64,000 nt of DNA from Minutocellus sp. GHC0000111. Taxonomy: Eukaryota. The translations under genes and the position numbers were made by a program. Shown here one piece after another: positions 10,105-21,664 of the stretch; position 1 is the first letter of the stretch; every line of letters starts with the position of its first letter. Under the pieces are notes generated by a model. That model saw only the letters and a list, made by a program, of their open reading frames with translations, was not told the DNA's origin and searched no databases. Location: contig OZ361258.1 in the NCBI GenBank assembly GCA_977018835.1, positions 3,472,001-3,536,000 of the forward strand, written 5' to 3'.

Positions 10105-13100
10105 TCAACGAGCGCCCGCTTGCGCCCGCATCATCTGGAAATGTCTGTTCATTTCTTGCCTTCGGCGATCGTCCATTTGCTGTTGCTGCTTCTTCAGCAG
10201 ACGAAGACGCTCTCGAATGGTGTTACAGCTGGGCATAGGACAATCTCGTAGCTTACAATGCGACGCGTGAATGCGCAGTAGCGTCCATATACGTTTACAA
10301 ATCTTGCACCCGCCCGAAGCCTTGATCTTGCATTGCTTGCTGTGCATAAGATAGTGCTTCATCTTGGCGCAATTCTGAGAAGCACAATTTTGAGCATTGC
10401 ACCGAGAAGCATGCTCGCTGAGCTGAATATGGAGCTGAATGTTGCGCTGCCGCTCCCTTCGCTGATGCTCAGTGAGACCGCTGCCGCCGCTATCATCGGC
10501 GCCGCCTCCCTCGACGGGGATGGCCTCCATCTTGTGGGTACATTGACCCCTGTTCGTGCTGGGACTCTTGTAGCACTCGGTACAGAGATCAAAGTCGGGA
10601 CAAGTATTGCAGTGCCAGCGATATCCCGAAAGGATTTCCTTGCCGCAAGAACCACAGGATTGCACGAACTTGGGAGCACCGCGATTGTGCAGATGCCACA
10701 GAACCATCATCGAGGTATGCTTTGCCCTACGGAGCTCGTCAAATTGGTAATGGTTGCCACGGCACAAGTTCAGGAAGGCCTGACGATTATTGAGGAACTC
10801 ACAATCTAACTCTTCGACGTCGTCGTCGATGATTTTGATTGGCGCACCATCCTTGTCGACTGAATCTGACTTGACGTTGCCGTTGGCGTCTCGTTTCCGA
10901 TTACTGGACGAATCCGATGATTTGCCATTGGCCTTTTCCTCTTCTGCAACCTTGGCTCGATGCTCCATAATCGCCTTGGGCACCTTTAGATTCTCTTCCG
11001 GGCCGCCCTCGCAGTTAAGATAGGCGACGATGAAACTCTCTTTCATCGGGGCGATGATTTCTCCAAGCTTCACCATCACCTCATCTGGCCCCTTGGCATC
11101 ACCAGAAACGCCAGTATCGTCGGATGCATTGCCGCTCTTCTTCTTCTTGCTCTTGGATCCCTTCTTATTCTTGCCCTTACCCTTGTTGAGCTCGGCAATA
11201 ATGTTCTCGGCCTCACCTGGAAAGTAATCGCCCTCCAGATACGGCACGTCGGAAGCGTCCAGCTTCGGATTCGCAAAGTACTCGTCGTGCATGTTGGTGA
11301 CCTTGCCGCAAATGTTTCGTCTTTGGCACTCAACAAGCATGTCGATGTACCACATCCGTAGACGGGTGTCCTTGGGGGTTTTCTGATCCTCTGGTTTGGC
11401 GTAGAAGATGTAGTCATCTCCTTTGAGCGGAGGACAGGCCCAGATGTGCGCCGTCTTGAAGCCCTTGTTCCGAACGTAGTCGAGGTAGCAAATCAAAATC
11501 TCATGGTATACAAAGGTTCGGATCCTTCGGGGACGCATAAAGTGCACACTGTCCAGGTATGAAATATAGACAGTCTTCTTGTTCGGATGGGGATTGTCAT
11601 CGCCGTGCTCGTACACATAGAGCGCGAAGAGAATCACGTCGACTCCGTCAACATTCTGGAAAACAACGATGCACTTACACCGAAAGGGGAACTCCTCTGG
11701 GTAGTTCTTGTGCTTGTAGCGTTTTAGCATACCCTCCCTTACATCGAGCTTGCGGTCGGTTGAAGTTACTTGCCGGATAGTGATGGGACCACCAAGCTGC
11801 GTAGCCTTAATGGCCTCGTTGAATGGAATATTCTGAACATGTGGAGAGTGGGGACAAAGGTGCAAATGGGAAAGAGAGAAAGTTAGATTTGGGGGCAATG
11901 CTAAAAAGTAAGCAAATAGTCAGTAGGAACACTCGTAGATGACGAAGTACTTACGTCGGCCTTGGCCTTTTCCTCCGCAAGGCTCTTGATCTTTTCGTCC
12001 ACCTTGGTTCGGACATGATTTTCGAGAATCTCACTGAGCTTGGTCCTCGGCAAAGCCTCGGCGCCGGGCAGTGAACACGCTGGAGCTTGGTCCTCCTTTT
12101 TCTTCTGCCTCTTCCGTTTCTTGAGTAAGCACGCAGGGCAACTGTATTCACTCTTGTGCTCCTTGTTTTGCCTCGAGTTAAAGAGACCGCAGATCTGATG
12201 GATCCATCTCTCACAGGTATCGCACTGAACCCAACTCTCTTCGTGGACTTCGTCATTCTTTTTCTTCACCAGCTCGGCCTTCTGCATGCTTAGATCTCCA
12301 ACCTCGATTGGAATCTTTCCATCTAGCTCATTGAAGCATGTGGTACACCAAAAGTACTGGTTGCCGCCCCCGATGTAGTAATTGCTATTCCGGCGGATGC
12401 GCTTGCTGGCACAATTCATGCCGTTGCAAAAGTACACAGGTGGCTCGAACAAGAGTTTTTCACAGCCACAGAGACCACAGGCTCTCTCATTCTGCTTCCG
12501 CTCCTCCTCTTCCTTCATTATACCAGCCATGGTCTTTTTGTGCTCCATGGAAAATATATCCTTGAGCTGCTTGGCCATGGTGTGGACCACGGACCCTTCC
12601 TCGTTGTAAAGGATCGCATTGTCGAACGTGAGGTGGACGTCGGCACAAAATTCATCGAGGGAGTGGTACTGGCCGTTGTCTCCACGGTCGAGCTTCTTCT
12701 GGATGGTTCCGAGATCCATCGGCTTCTTAATGATGTCGAGATAATCTGGAAGTCCCAATTCGACGGGATCAACGGGTACATTGAAGACCCAACCATGTTC
12801 GTGGTGCATAACGACCTTAAGCAAGTCAAGGCACTTCGCCTTGATTTCCGCGGGCGATAGAGTCGACGTGCGATTCAAAGAAGCGAGGTGCTTCTCAATC
12901 TGCTCGACGGTGAAGCTGTTCATGAGAGAGAATGATCCGACGTCTTCCGACTTGGTGGACGAGGCCTTGGAGGAGTCGTCCGACTTGCGCGATTTCGACT
13001 TTGCCGCCGACGATGACTCCGGTCCTGGCGGCATCATCTGTCGGTCTGTGCTCTGTGGAGCTTGTGGCGGCACCATCGTGCTGCCACCGCCGCCACGGCC

Positions 13101-15806
13101 ATCGCCAATGCGTTCGGTCATCCTTGCTCGTTTATTCGGTGGCTGCTCCGAGCTCGACTGACCTCCCTGGTACGACGAGGACGACATATTCGGCACCATG
13201 CCATGTTGCTGGCCACTATATGCAGAATACGCTCCCGATTCCATCGGGGGCATATCGCGAAGAGCGCTGTTGAGAAGCTGTGCCTCGAAATCAGCCGCCA
13301 GCGACTTCCGGTTGCCTCCGCCGGGTGCTGCTTGGGCCTTGGCCTGCGACCGGCGGATCACCTCCCTCACCGGCTCACACGCCGCGCAGCCCTCGTGCTT
13401 GCACCGACGATAGTGACTTAGCACGTACCGGCTTGACATGCAGTGTTGTACAGCGCAGGTCTGGTCCTTGCAGTCGGAAATGTGCCTCCACAGCTTCTTC
13501 ATACCACCACACATGGCCGTGACGGGACATTGACCCTCCGGGTAGGGGCATTTGGACGCGTGACGGAGCAGAAGGAGACGCTGCTGCTTGTGTCGGAGAC
13601 GGCTCTTGTCGCCAGGATAGTCGGCGGCACTCTCTGGCGGGCCCATCGGCATCATCATGCCGGACTGCATCCCCGATGACGAAGACGGCCCGTATCCCGA
13701 AGAGCTGCCACCACCCTGAGACGAGGATGACTGGTCGTAGCCATATGCCGACATTGACGAGGCGAAGATCGTCACCGCCTGCCCGTTGGATTTCTTCACG
13801 GTGTCTCTCACCGGACCGCACGCCTTGCAGTGTGGGTCCTTACACTTGCGGTAGTGGCTCAGGATCGACCTCGACGAGAAGCAGTGCGACACGCGGCAGT
13901 TGGTGTCGGTGCAGCCGGCCATGTGCTTCCAAAGGCGCTTCATGTCGGAGCAGTGGTTGGTGACGGGACAGCTTCCATCCTCGTGCGGGCACTTGGACGC
14001 GTGATGGAGGAGCAATAGGCGCTGCTGCTTGTGGCGGGTGCGGAGCATGTCATCCTCAGATAAGCTCCCTCGGCTCCTGCCACTCCGATGAGACGACGAG
14101 GATCCATGATGCGGCGGCGGCTGCTGCTGCGGATGGTACTGGCCCGAGGAGGACGACGGATTGACCGGCATCATTCCGCCACCACCACCACCTCCTCCTC
14201 CGCCACTGCCCCTTCCACGGCTGCCGCTCCCACTCATCATGGGGTTGATATCGTTCATGTTGACAATGCCGCCGCTCATCTGTGGAGGAGGCATTGGCTG
14301 ATTTTGTCCCCGCTGCTGCTGGTGGTACTGCTGTTGCCTCGACGAAGACGACGATCCACCACCGTGCCTCGAGGACGAGCCGGACGCATCCGATCTCGAT
14401 CCACCGCCGCCGCCGCCCATCAAACTGATCAGATTGCCGCTGGTCGGCGAGCTCCCCTTGCCCCCCCGGTCGGTCTTCTTGGCAATCTCCACGGCGAGCA
14501 GCTGCAGCCGATGCTTCAGCGTCGAGATGTCGCAGTAGGCCTCGAAGCTCGGGGCGCTCCGGTACAGGCTGACCTCGAGCTGCTTGACCATCTGGGGCAG
14601 CTTGTGGAGCCACTCGGGCCCGGCGTTCCGGTCCTTCTGCTTGAGGAGGCGGACGATGTGCTGGATCATCTCCCGCCGGGTCTTCATGTCGCGGTTGGAC
14701 TGCCACTCCCCGTTGAGGCGCTGGGGGATGTACAGCTGCTGCTGGGCGGCGTGGCCGCCGCTTCCGCCGCCGCCACTGCTGCCGCCCTGCTGCGATCGCC
14801 TCGAGGACGACGACGGTCCACCGCCGCCGCCGCCGGTGGTGGTGGTGCTGCTGCTTCCCATGGCAACCACGTCGAGGTCACCGCCGCCGCCGCCGTTCCC
14901 CCCAAACCCACCCATGGACGCCTGGGAGATGCTGGCCGGGGACGGCAGGTTGGTTTGGTTGCTGCTACTGCCGCCGTTGTTGTTGCTGCTGCTATTGCCA
15001 TTGCCGCCGCCCATGTTCATGCTCCTGCCCATGGGCATCTGCTGCGACATTTGGGACATTTGCGACATCTGGGACGACTGGCTCTGGCTCTGACTCGACG
15101 AGGACGACATGGACACCACGTTGGGGTTAGGGTTATTATTTTTGCCAGACGAACCCATGTTCCCACCGCTCCCACTGCTGGACGATCGATGGGGCGGCAG
15201 CTGACCGTGGCCGTGGCCTTGGCCGGAAGAGCCCCGCTGCTGCTGCTGCTGGTGGTGGGGCGGGTACTGCGAGTACGGATGGCCAGGACCGGGCGGTGGA
15301 CCTCCTCGGTGGCCATGGCCGGGGGGCGGTCCGTATCCCCCCATGTGGTGCGGAGGCGGTCCATGGCCGTGGTGTCCCGGCGGCGGGCCGTGACCATGAC
15401 CGTGGCCAGGAGGCGGCCCGTGGCCGTGGCCAGGAGGAGGAGGACCAGGGGGGCCAGGGCCGTTCATGCTGGGATGATGGCCCGAAAACTGCCGGGACAT
15501 GCCGCCGCCGCCGCCACTGGAACCATTGCGCGAAGTGCCATTTCCACTGCCACCGCCACCATTGCTGTTGGTATTGCCAGAAGACGAGGACGGAGGAGGC
15601 TGCGGGGAACGCTGCTGCAGGCCGCCGGAGGGATGGCCGTGGCCCGGAGGCGGGCCGTGGCCGTAGCCGTGCGGCGGGGGGCCCGGCGGACCGCCGTGGC
15701 CGGGATGGGGAGGATAGCCGTGCGGCGGGGGGGCCTGCGGCACCCGCGGGAGGGGCGCCGACGATCCTCCTCCGCCAGGGCCGTTGGAAGATGGTCCGCC
15801 CGACAT
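10105..15806 (-). CDS. CBP/p300-type (KAT3) histone acetyltransferase; exons 15806-11955 and 11832-10105
   Basis: Domain order: KIX-like, two TAZ fingers ([20 protein letters not shown]), bromodomain ([27 protein letters not shown]), PHD, HAT core ([28 protein letters not shown]), ZZ finger, C-terminal TAZ. A GT-AG intron at 11954-11833 joins the two ORFs in frame. Confidence 0.95.
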
Positions 15807-16802
15807 GATGATGGAAATTGTGACGATGCGATGCGATGGACGATTCGACGAACCGGACCGATGGAATAATCTATCTATCTAACTACTGCAGCCAGCCCGA
15901 TTGCGCTCGGTCCTTGAACCCGGACGCCTATTCCCCCGAATGCAAAAACTGAGCTGCCCCTCACGTTGCTCGTGCTTGCCTCGGGAGATCAGAGAAGGTT
16001 ACCAGACACCAGATTACCCGACCAGGAAAAACTTCGCTTGTCTGCGATAGAAGTGGAACAACGAGAGACAGACATTGCCGGTGTTGCGTTTCGCAGGGCA
16101 GGGCAGATGATGAGAACATACATGCATGAACTGAAAAACAAATTCGGCCGGTCGGCGGTGGATGCAACACGAATAGAATAATACATGTATGTGCGAATCA
16201 AGAACTTTGTGCCGCAAAGGCAAGAAACTTACCCCGATGCCCAAGGTTTGCAAGCCCAGCAAACGGAAACGAGGGATGCAACTGCGACTTTTCCCGTCGG
16301 GAGTTCCACAAGGAATCAGCCACCGACCCTCTCTCTCTCGATGACAATCGACACGTCGTCCGCTTCCGCCGAAAAAAAAAATGATTATGTGCCCGAAACC
16401 CTATGCGCAAGTCCAATGCCGATTCACAAACAAGCCGTACGCTGCGGCAAATCCGACCAGAGAATTTCCCACGCTTGATCGCACACTGCAGGTCAGTGGG
16501 TGGCAAGCGGGAGGGGGGAGGGGTTGGTAGCTTCGGCGCGTGGCAATGCTGCTGCAGCGCCTTCGGCTATGGCATACGACCGCCGCGCCGGAGGGCGGAA
16601 ACGGCCAGAAAGGGCGCTGGCAGCAGCAGTTTCCTCCGGGTTGCTTCAAAATGGTGATGTGATTGTGACATCAGAGAAATAGGGAAAGATACGATAAAAA
16701 AGAAAGAAGACCAAGCGCAAGCGAGTTGGATCATCGGGTATTTAGACCACCAGTAGATCCAGTCTACATTACTTCACATTCTAGATGCCAACACTGTCTA
16801 TC

Positions 16803-17513
16803 TCATTTGTTAGAATCAATGGCTTCCGAGATTCCCTCGCACAACTCCAGACATTGCAAGTGCGACAGCTTCACCGGTGGGAAGGCATCGACAAGTTCGA
16901 TGGATCCGTCTCGCAACAGTTGGAAGATGGTGGGATGTGGCAAGTCGTCGTCATCTTCAACGGCATCATCGCCAGTTTCGTCATCTTTTGACTTGGGTCG
17001 ATTGTGCAATCTCACCCGAAACATAACCTTGCTCTCGACGCTCCGTCCCATTACAATCTCGTTGACGATGACGTCGTAGATGTCTTCCATGGGCAAGAAT
17101 TGAGGGGTGCCAACAACGAGAGACCGCCCGCCCTTCTTCTTCTTTGTCGTCGTCGTCGTCATGGTGGATATTTGCACTCCAAGTGGCAAAACATCCACCA
17201 CCGCGGAAAGGGTGGGTGCTTTCGTTTTGGAATTTTGGTCGCTGCTGCCTTTACTGGAGCCGCCACCTTGGCGCAATGGGATCGACATTAAAAGAGCAGC
17301 AATGATGATGCCCACCCCCTCCACATCCATGAGTAGGTGAAGGTATTCTTCATCCTTTATGAAGTGAGATGCAGCCCAGCATAGTGCTAGGCCAAAGGCA
17401 ATTGCAAAAAAGAGCAAATCTAGATATGAACGACTTTCCCATGCTTTTGATTCGTTGCCGGAATCCAGATGAACAACGAAGCGAGTATCCCCGGCCGTTC
17501 TGGATGGACCCAT
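16803..17513 (-). CDS. GPI-GlcNAc transferase subunit PIG-H-like membrane protein (a small upstream exon is possible)
   Basis: Two TM segments, then V.VLPLGVQIS and FLPMEDIYDVIVNEIV, resembling PIG-H. Confidence 0.6.
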   Translation of the reverse strand: MGPSRTAGDTRFVVHLDSGNESKAWESRSYLDLLFFAIAFGLALCWAASHFIKDEEYLHLLMDVEGVGIIIAALLMSIPLRQGGGSSKGSSDQNSKTKAPTLSAVVDVLPLGVQISTMTTTTTKKKKGGRSLVVGTPQFLPMEDIYDVIVNEIVMGRSVESKVMFRVRLHNRPKSKDDETGDDAVEDDDDLPHPTIFQLLRDGSIELVDAFPPVKLSHLQCLELCEGISEAIDSNK

Positions 17514-18789
17514 GCTGAACCCCCTCCGCCTGCTGCAATGATAAAATTAACAGAGATGAGAGATCAACACAATATGAGAAAACAATACCTGTACGATTGG
17601 TTCTGACAAGTAAGTAAACAGACCTCAGCCGCCTGATCTCGAACTTTCGATATTTCATATCATCGCAGCAACTCCATATCATTTCTCCTCAGATACTATC
17701 TAGCGTGATAAGGTGTCGGCACCATCAGCCTCTCGGCCGATGACTACTTCCAAAGAGTTTAAAATGAAATACATCAACGGAGATTGGGCGTTGCTGGATG
17801 GAATAAATGAATCGAATTTCAAAGATCGGTGGCGAGACTCCATGCTTGCGTCCCCAACCAGCCAAATCGAGCCAAGAAAGTTCACTGCCAAGCTCCTCAG
17901 GTAATAACTCTGCAAATAATATTGTTTTTCTCGTCACCCGCCTCCTATCAAAGAGAACGGATCCGAATAGAAACCAATACGTGATACATCAGGGGAGCGT
18001 TTCTTGGCTATGGCCGGATGGAACGCAAAATGTGGTCTGGACACCTCGACACCTCGTACGTACTACCACCAACACATACATGAAAACAAGATACCGACGA
18101 CGATCAAAATGAATGAATTTCTCCTCCGCAAAAAGATATTTTAAAAACAATAGTTCTCGTCAGTCCGAAACGAAGCGACGGCATCTCTCAGAGAACCGCC
18201 GATCCGCCGGTAGGTAATCTCATGTAGAACCCATCATCGGAAACTGTCATTCATTTCAGGGCGGGCGATGTCGGTGTTGGGTGGTGTCGGCGTTGGTGGT
18301 ATCTTTCGTCAAAGAAGCACAAAACTCGAACAAACTTACACACTGTTGAACTGCACGGCGAGATTTACTACCGCAGCACGAACATGATTGCTATCGTCCC
18401 ATCATCTTTCGTGCTTCGTCGTATCATCCCGTAGTTCGCTTTGCAAAGCTGAATGACTGAATGGACGGTCCAGCGTGTGCGTGCCGGCAGGAGCAGCCCA
18501 TTAGGTTATGAGCCGCATCCAAGTGGAATTTTTTCTTTGTCAACGCGCGGTTGAAGTTGTAACCAGGGTCTACTATTTATTCATTCCGCTGCTGCATACT
18601 GTCTACTGGAGACATCCGCAAAGCCAATAGTAGTCTGCAAAAGATACTATCAAATGCAAAAGATTCCCCCTCGTAACCGTTGCAAAGTCAAAAGGTCCAA
18701 ATTGATTGCATGTTGTCTTTGGAGTGGATTTTCCCATCTCCCTCCCATGCATTATTGCATACGAGTGTTGACTCTATAGCGCAAGTCAC

Positions 18790-19841
18790 TTAGGCCAACC
18801 AGAGCTTTCCGGCATCGGAGTCACCAGCCTTGAGCTTCTTCCAGGACTCGTGAGTCTCGGCAATGACCTTCTCGGCCTCGGCGGCGTCGAGGTACTTCTC
18901 ATCGAAACCAAAGCCGTTGAGGGGCTTGTCGTCGGGTGTCTTGTACCAGCGGAACCATTCCCGGATTCCGGCCTTGACGGCCTCGGGGACATCGTCGATG
19001 TCGTTGTACTCCTTGGCGAGAGGATCGTCAACGGCAACGGCAACGACCTTCCAGTCCAGCTCACCGTCGTCGATCATGGCAAGGACGCCGAGGGGCTTGA
19101 CCTCGGTGACGGTGCCCATCTCCAGGCCTTGGAGCCAATCTCAACAACATCGATCGGGTCGTCATCGCCGAAAACCTTGAGCTCGGGGTGCTCCTCTATC
19201 GTATGATGTGATATGATTTGATTTATGAGAGTAACGACAAAATAATACAATATGAGATTCGTTGCAAAGAATCTTGCAATCAAGCATTTCTTTGTAGCAA
19301 AGAACAATCACATGATGTGCTTGCTTTTCGCTGATCTCAACACAAAACCTGGCGCATGCACATCAAGATACACCGTCAAATCACATCATCCATCCTGCAT
19401 GCCCACCACTGATCAACAACTAACCAACTCACCGTTGGGGTCCTCCCAGGTCTGGGGAAGGCATCCGTAGTTCCAGAAGATGGGGCCGTGGTAGTCACGG
19501 AGGTTGCCCTTCTTGATGTCCTGGGCGATGGGGTTGTTCTCCTCCTTGGTGGCGACCTCCATCTTGGCCTTGGTCATCTTAGGGATCTCGACGACCATGT
19601 TGTATCCCCCGTCGCCCTTGAGGGGGATGTCGTGCCAGGGGCTGAGGGCGGCACCGTCCTCTCCCTTGAAGTTGAGACGGAAGGACTCGGTGGCGGCCTC
19701 GCCGGACTGCTCGGTGGCGACCGAGTAGAGGGCGGCGGCGAGGGGGCGGGCGGCGAAGCATCCGGCGGCGGGGGAGAAGGCCGAGGCTCCGGTGGTGGAG
19801 GTGGCAACGGCGAAGAGGGCGGCGACGGCGGAGAACTTCAT
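18790..19841 (-). CDS. ppa: Plastid soluble inorganic pyrophosphatase; intron 19432-19196; apparent 1-nt frameshift near 19125
   Basis: Presequence MKFSAVAALFAVA..GASA-FSP; SPWHDIPL, VVEIPK.TKAKMEV, NYGCLPQTWEDP, GDDDPIDVVEIG, MIDDGELDWK, WFRWYKTPD. Confidence 0.92.
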
Positions 19842-20070
19842 GGTGGAACAGATATCGGTGGCAACAACCAAGCAAAAAGTGAAAGTCAGTACGTCAGAAA
19901 CCGCCAGTTGAAAATGGGGGGACTTTCCCAGATTTCTTCGCTGGGGGAGCAGATTTTGGAAGTGGCGATGACGATGACGCAGTGCAGTATGCTCGCTTTT
20001 GTTCTTCCCACTTCCGACGTGTTCCACCGCCTCTGCATGGCCTCTGGCTTCATTTATTCAATCGAAAAGA

Positions 20071-21129
20071 ATGAGATCAGCAAGCAGCACCGCCGCCGTC
20101 GCGGCATTGTTCGCCGTAGCTTCCTCGTCGAATGGCGTTGTGGCGTTTACTCCTGCCGCATCGTCAAAGCAAGCACAACATGTGTCGACCAATGCTGGAC
20201 CCATCACCACCCAACTGTTCTCGGCGGCCGAGGAGACGGAGACTGCTGCTACATCCGCCGCAGTAGACACGACGGACTCGCTTCGGATGCCTCTCACCTT
20301 CGAGGAGATGATCAAGATGGCCACCTCGGCCGTATCCGACGCCTACGAGCAGGGCATCACGAGACAGTCCGTCCGCGTTCTGCTTCCTCGCGACCCCTCC
20401 AGCGGCGATCTCGGCGTGCAGTACGAGAGCGATGCCACGGCCGCCAACGGTCGCAACATGGAGAACTTTGTGCTGGTCCCGCCCGACGAAACCTGGCAGG
20501 GCGGCAGTCCCCAGCTGTATCGTGCCTGCGCTCCGACGGCGCAGGAGATCCTCCGTCTTGTGTCCAAGGACACGGCCGGTGTTCCTCCTCGCATGGTGGA
20601 GGATCGCAGCGTCGATGAGAGTGGGGTCGATGGCATTGGGTTGTGGATGAGCCAGAGTCAGAACCCCGCCGATGATATCAGCTGCTTCGTGCAGCCCAGT
20701 CAGGAAACCATTGGGTCCATCGAGGCCATTTCGGGACAGGCCGGTGATCGGCTGGTCATGCTGATGAATCCACAATGGCGCAACGTCGATGATGCCCTGG
20801 ATGCTGCCTCCAAGCAGGGTGGGATCTTGGGTGGATTCGCATCCTTTTTGGGCGGAAAGGGCGCCTCGCTCAAGAAGCTGGAGGAACTGGGATTCAAGGA
20901 CACGCTGTCGATTGAAGGATACGTTTGCTGTGGTGGAAATATTCGTTTCTTGAGGAGATTCGATTCGGATTATGTCGTATTTGCCGAGAATGATTCCGGC
21001 ACAGCCTACATCAAGGTCGGCACGTCCAAGACAAGGCCGACGTACCAAGACATTGACAAAATGTTGGAAGACAATGGAATTGCTCTTAAGTATGCTCGTG
21101 ACGTAGGTCTCGCAGATAAGCTCGAGTAA
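20071..21129 (+). CDS. Plastid-targeted DUF1995 / LPA3-like protein
   Basis: Presequence ...GVVA-FTP; PPDETWQGG..QLYRA, VDESGVDG, MNPQWR motifs. Confidence 0.7.
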   Translation: MRSASSTAAVAALFAVASSSNGVVAFTPAASSKQAQHVSTNAGPITTQLFSAAEETETAATSAAVDTTDSLRMPLTFEEMIKMATSAVSDAYEQGITRQSVRVLLPRDPSSGDLGVQYESDATAANGRNMENFVLVPPDETWQGGSPQLYRACAPTAQEILRLVSKDTAGVPPRMVEDRSVDESGVDGIGLWMSQSQNPADDISCFVQPSQETIGSIEAISGQAGDRLVMLMNPQWRNVDDALDAASKQGGILGGFASFLGGKGASLKKLEELGFKDTLSIEGYVCCGGNIRFLRRFDSDYVVFAENDSGTAYIKVGTSKTRPTYQDIDKMLEDNGIALKYARDVGLADKLE

Positions 21130-21664
21130 GAGTAGTCTAGAGATCTATCTAGCTAGTAGTACTGGTTGGTAAAGAAGAAGACAAATAAATGTATCTGCGT
21201 TATTTTTTTCACCGACAAAGATGTCACTGTGAGATTTCCAAACACTTTTTTAGCTGCTACCGTGATAACACGGTATTTCTCCAGAGAGCTCGAAGGAAGC
21301 TTCCTTTTGTGAAAGTGGAAAGCAAAGTATATTGCACTGGTATCGGTGCATACGGCATGATGACTCTCTTGCCGGGGGGGTCTTGCTTGATCGAGCAGAC
21401 AGAGCAGCAGCAGCATAGGTGACGGACAGACCGATTTTGCGCAAAGGCAAACTGAACTGCAAAACGGCCTCACATTACCAATTGGTATTTCTGGCCTGAG
21501 CAAGCAGAGCGCTGTGGCCGGAAGGAACTTCCTCCAGCAGCCAAGGTCGAGTTTCACTCACCCCACAGCTGATCCAGTATTCTTGTCGACATTTCATTTG
21601 TAGCATTTGTGGGAATCGGTCAGATCGATTGAAACATTGATCAATAAATTCCCAACTTTCCGCG

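Noticed and set aside
17700..18780. Possible gene or ncRNA in the 1-kb gap between PIG-H and PPase
   Set aside because: Only short ORFs without motifs, and no tRNA, rRNA or snoRNA structure recognised.
19115..19135. Programmed frameshifting or pseudogenisation of PPase (also GT41 at about 56690 and the EGF gene at about 47262, 47448, 49135)
   Set aside because: These are isolated short indels, mostly in homopolymers, within otherwise well-conserved genes; consensus sequencing error is the simplest explanation.
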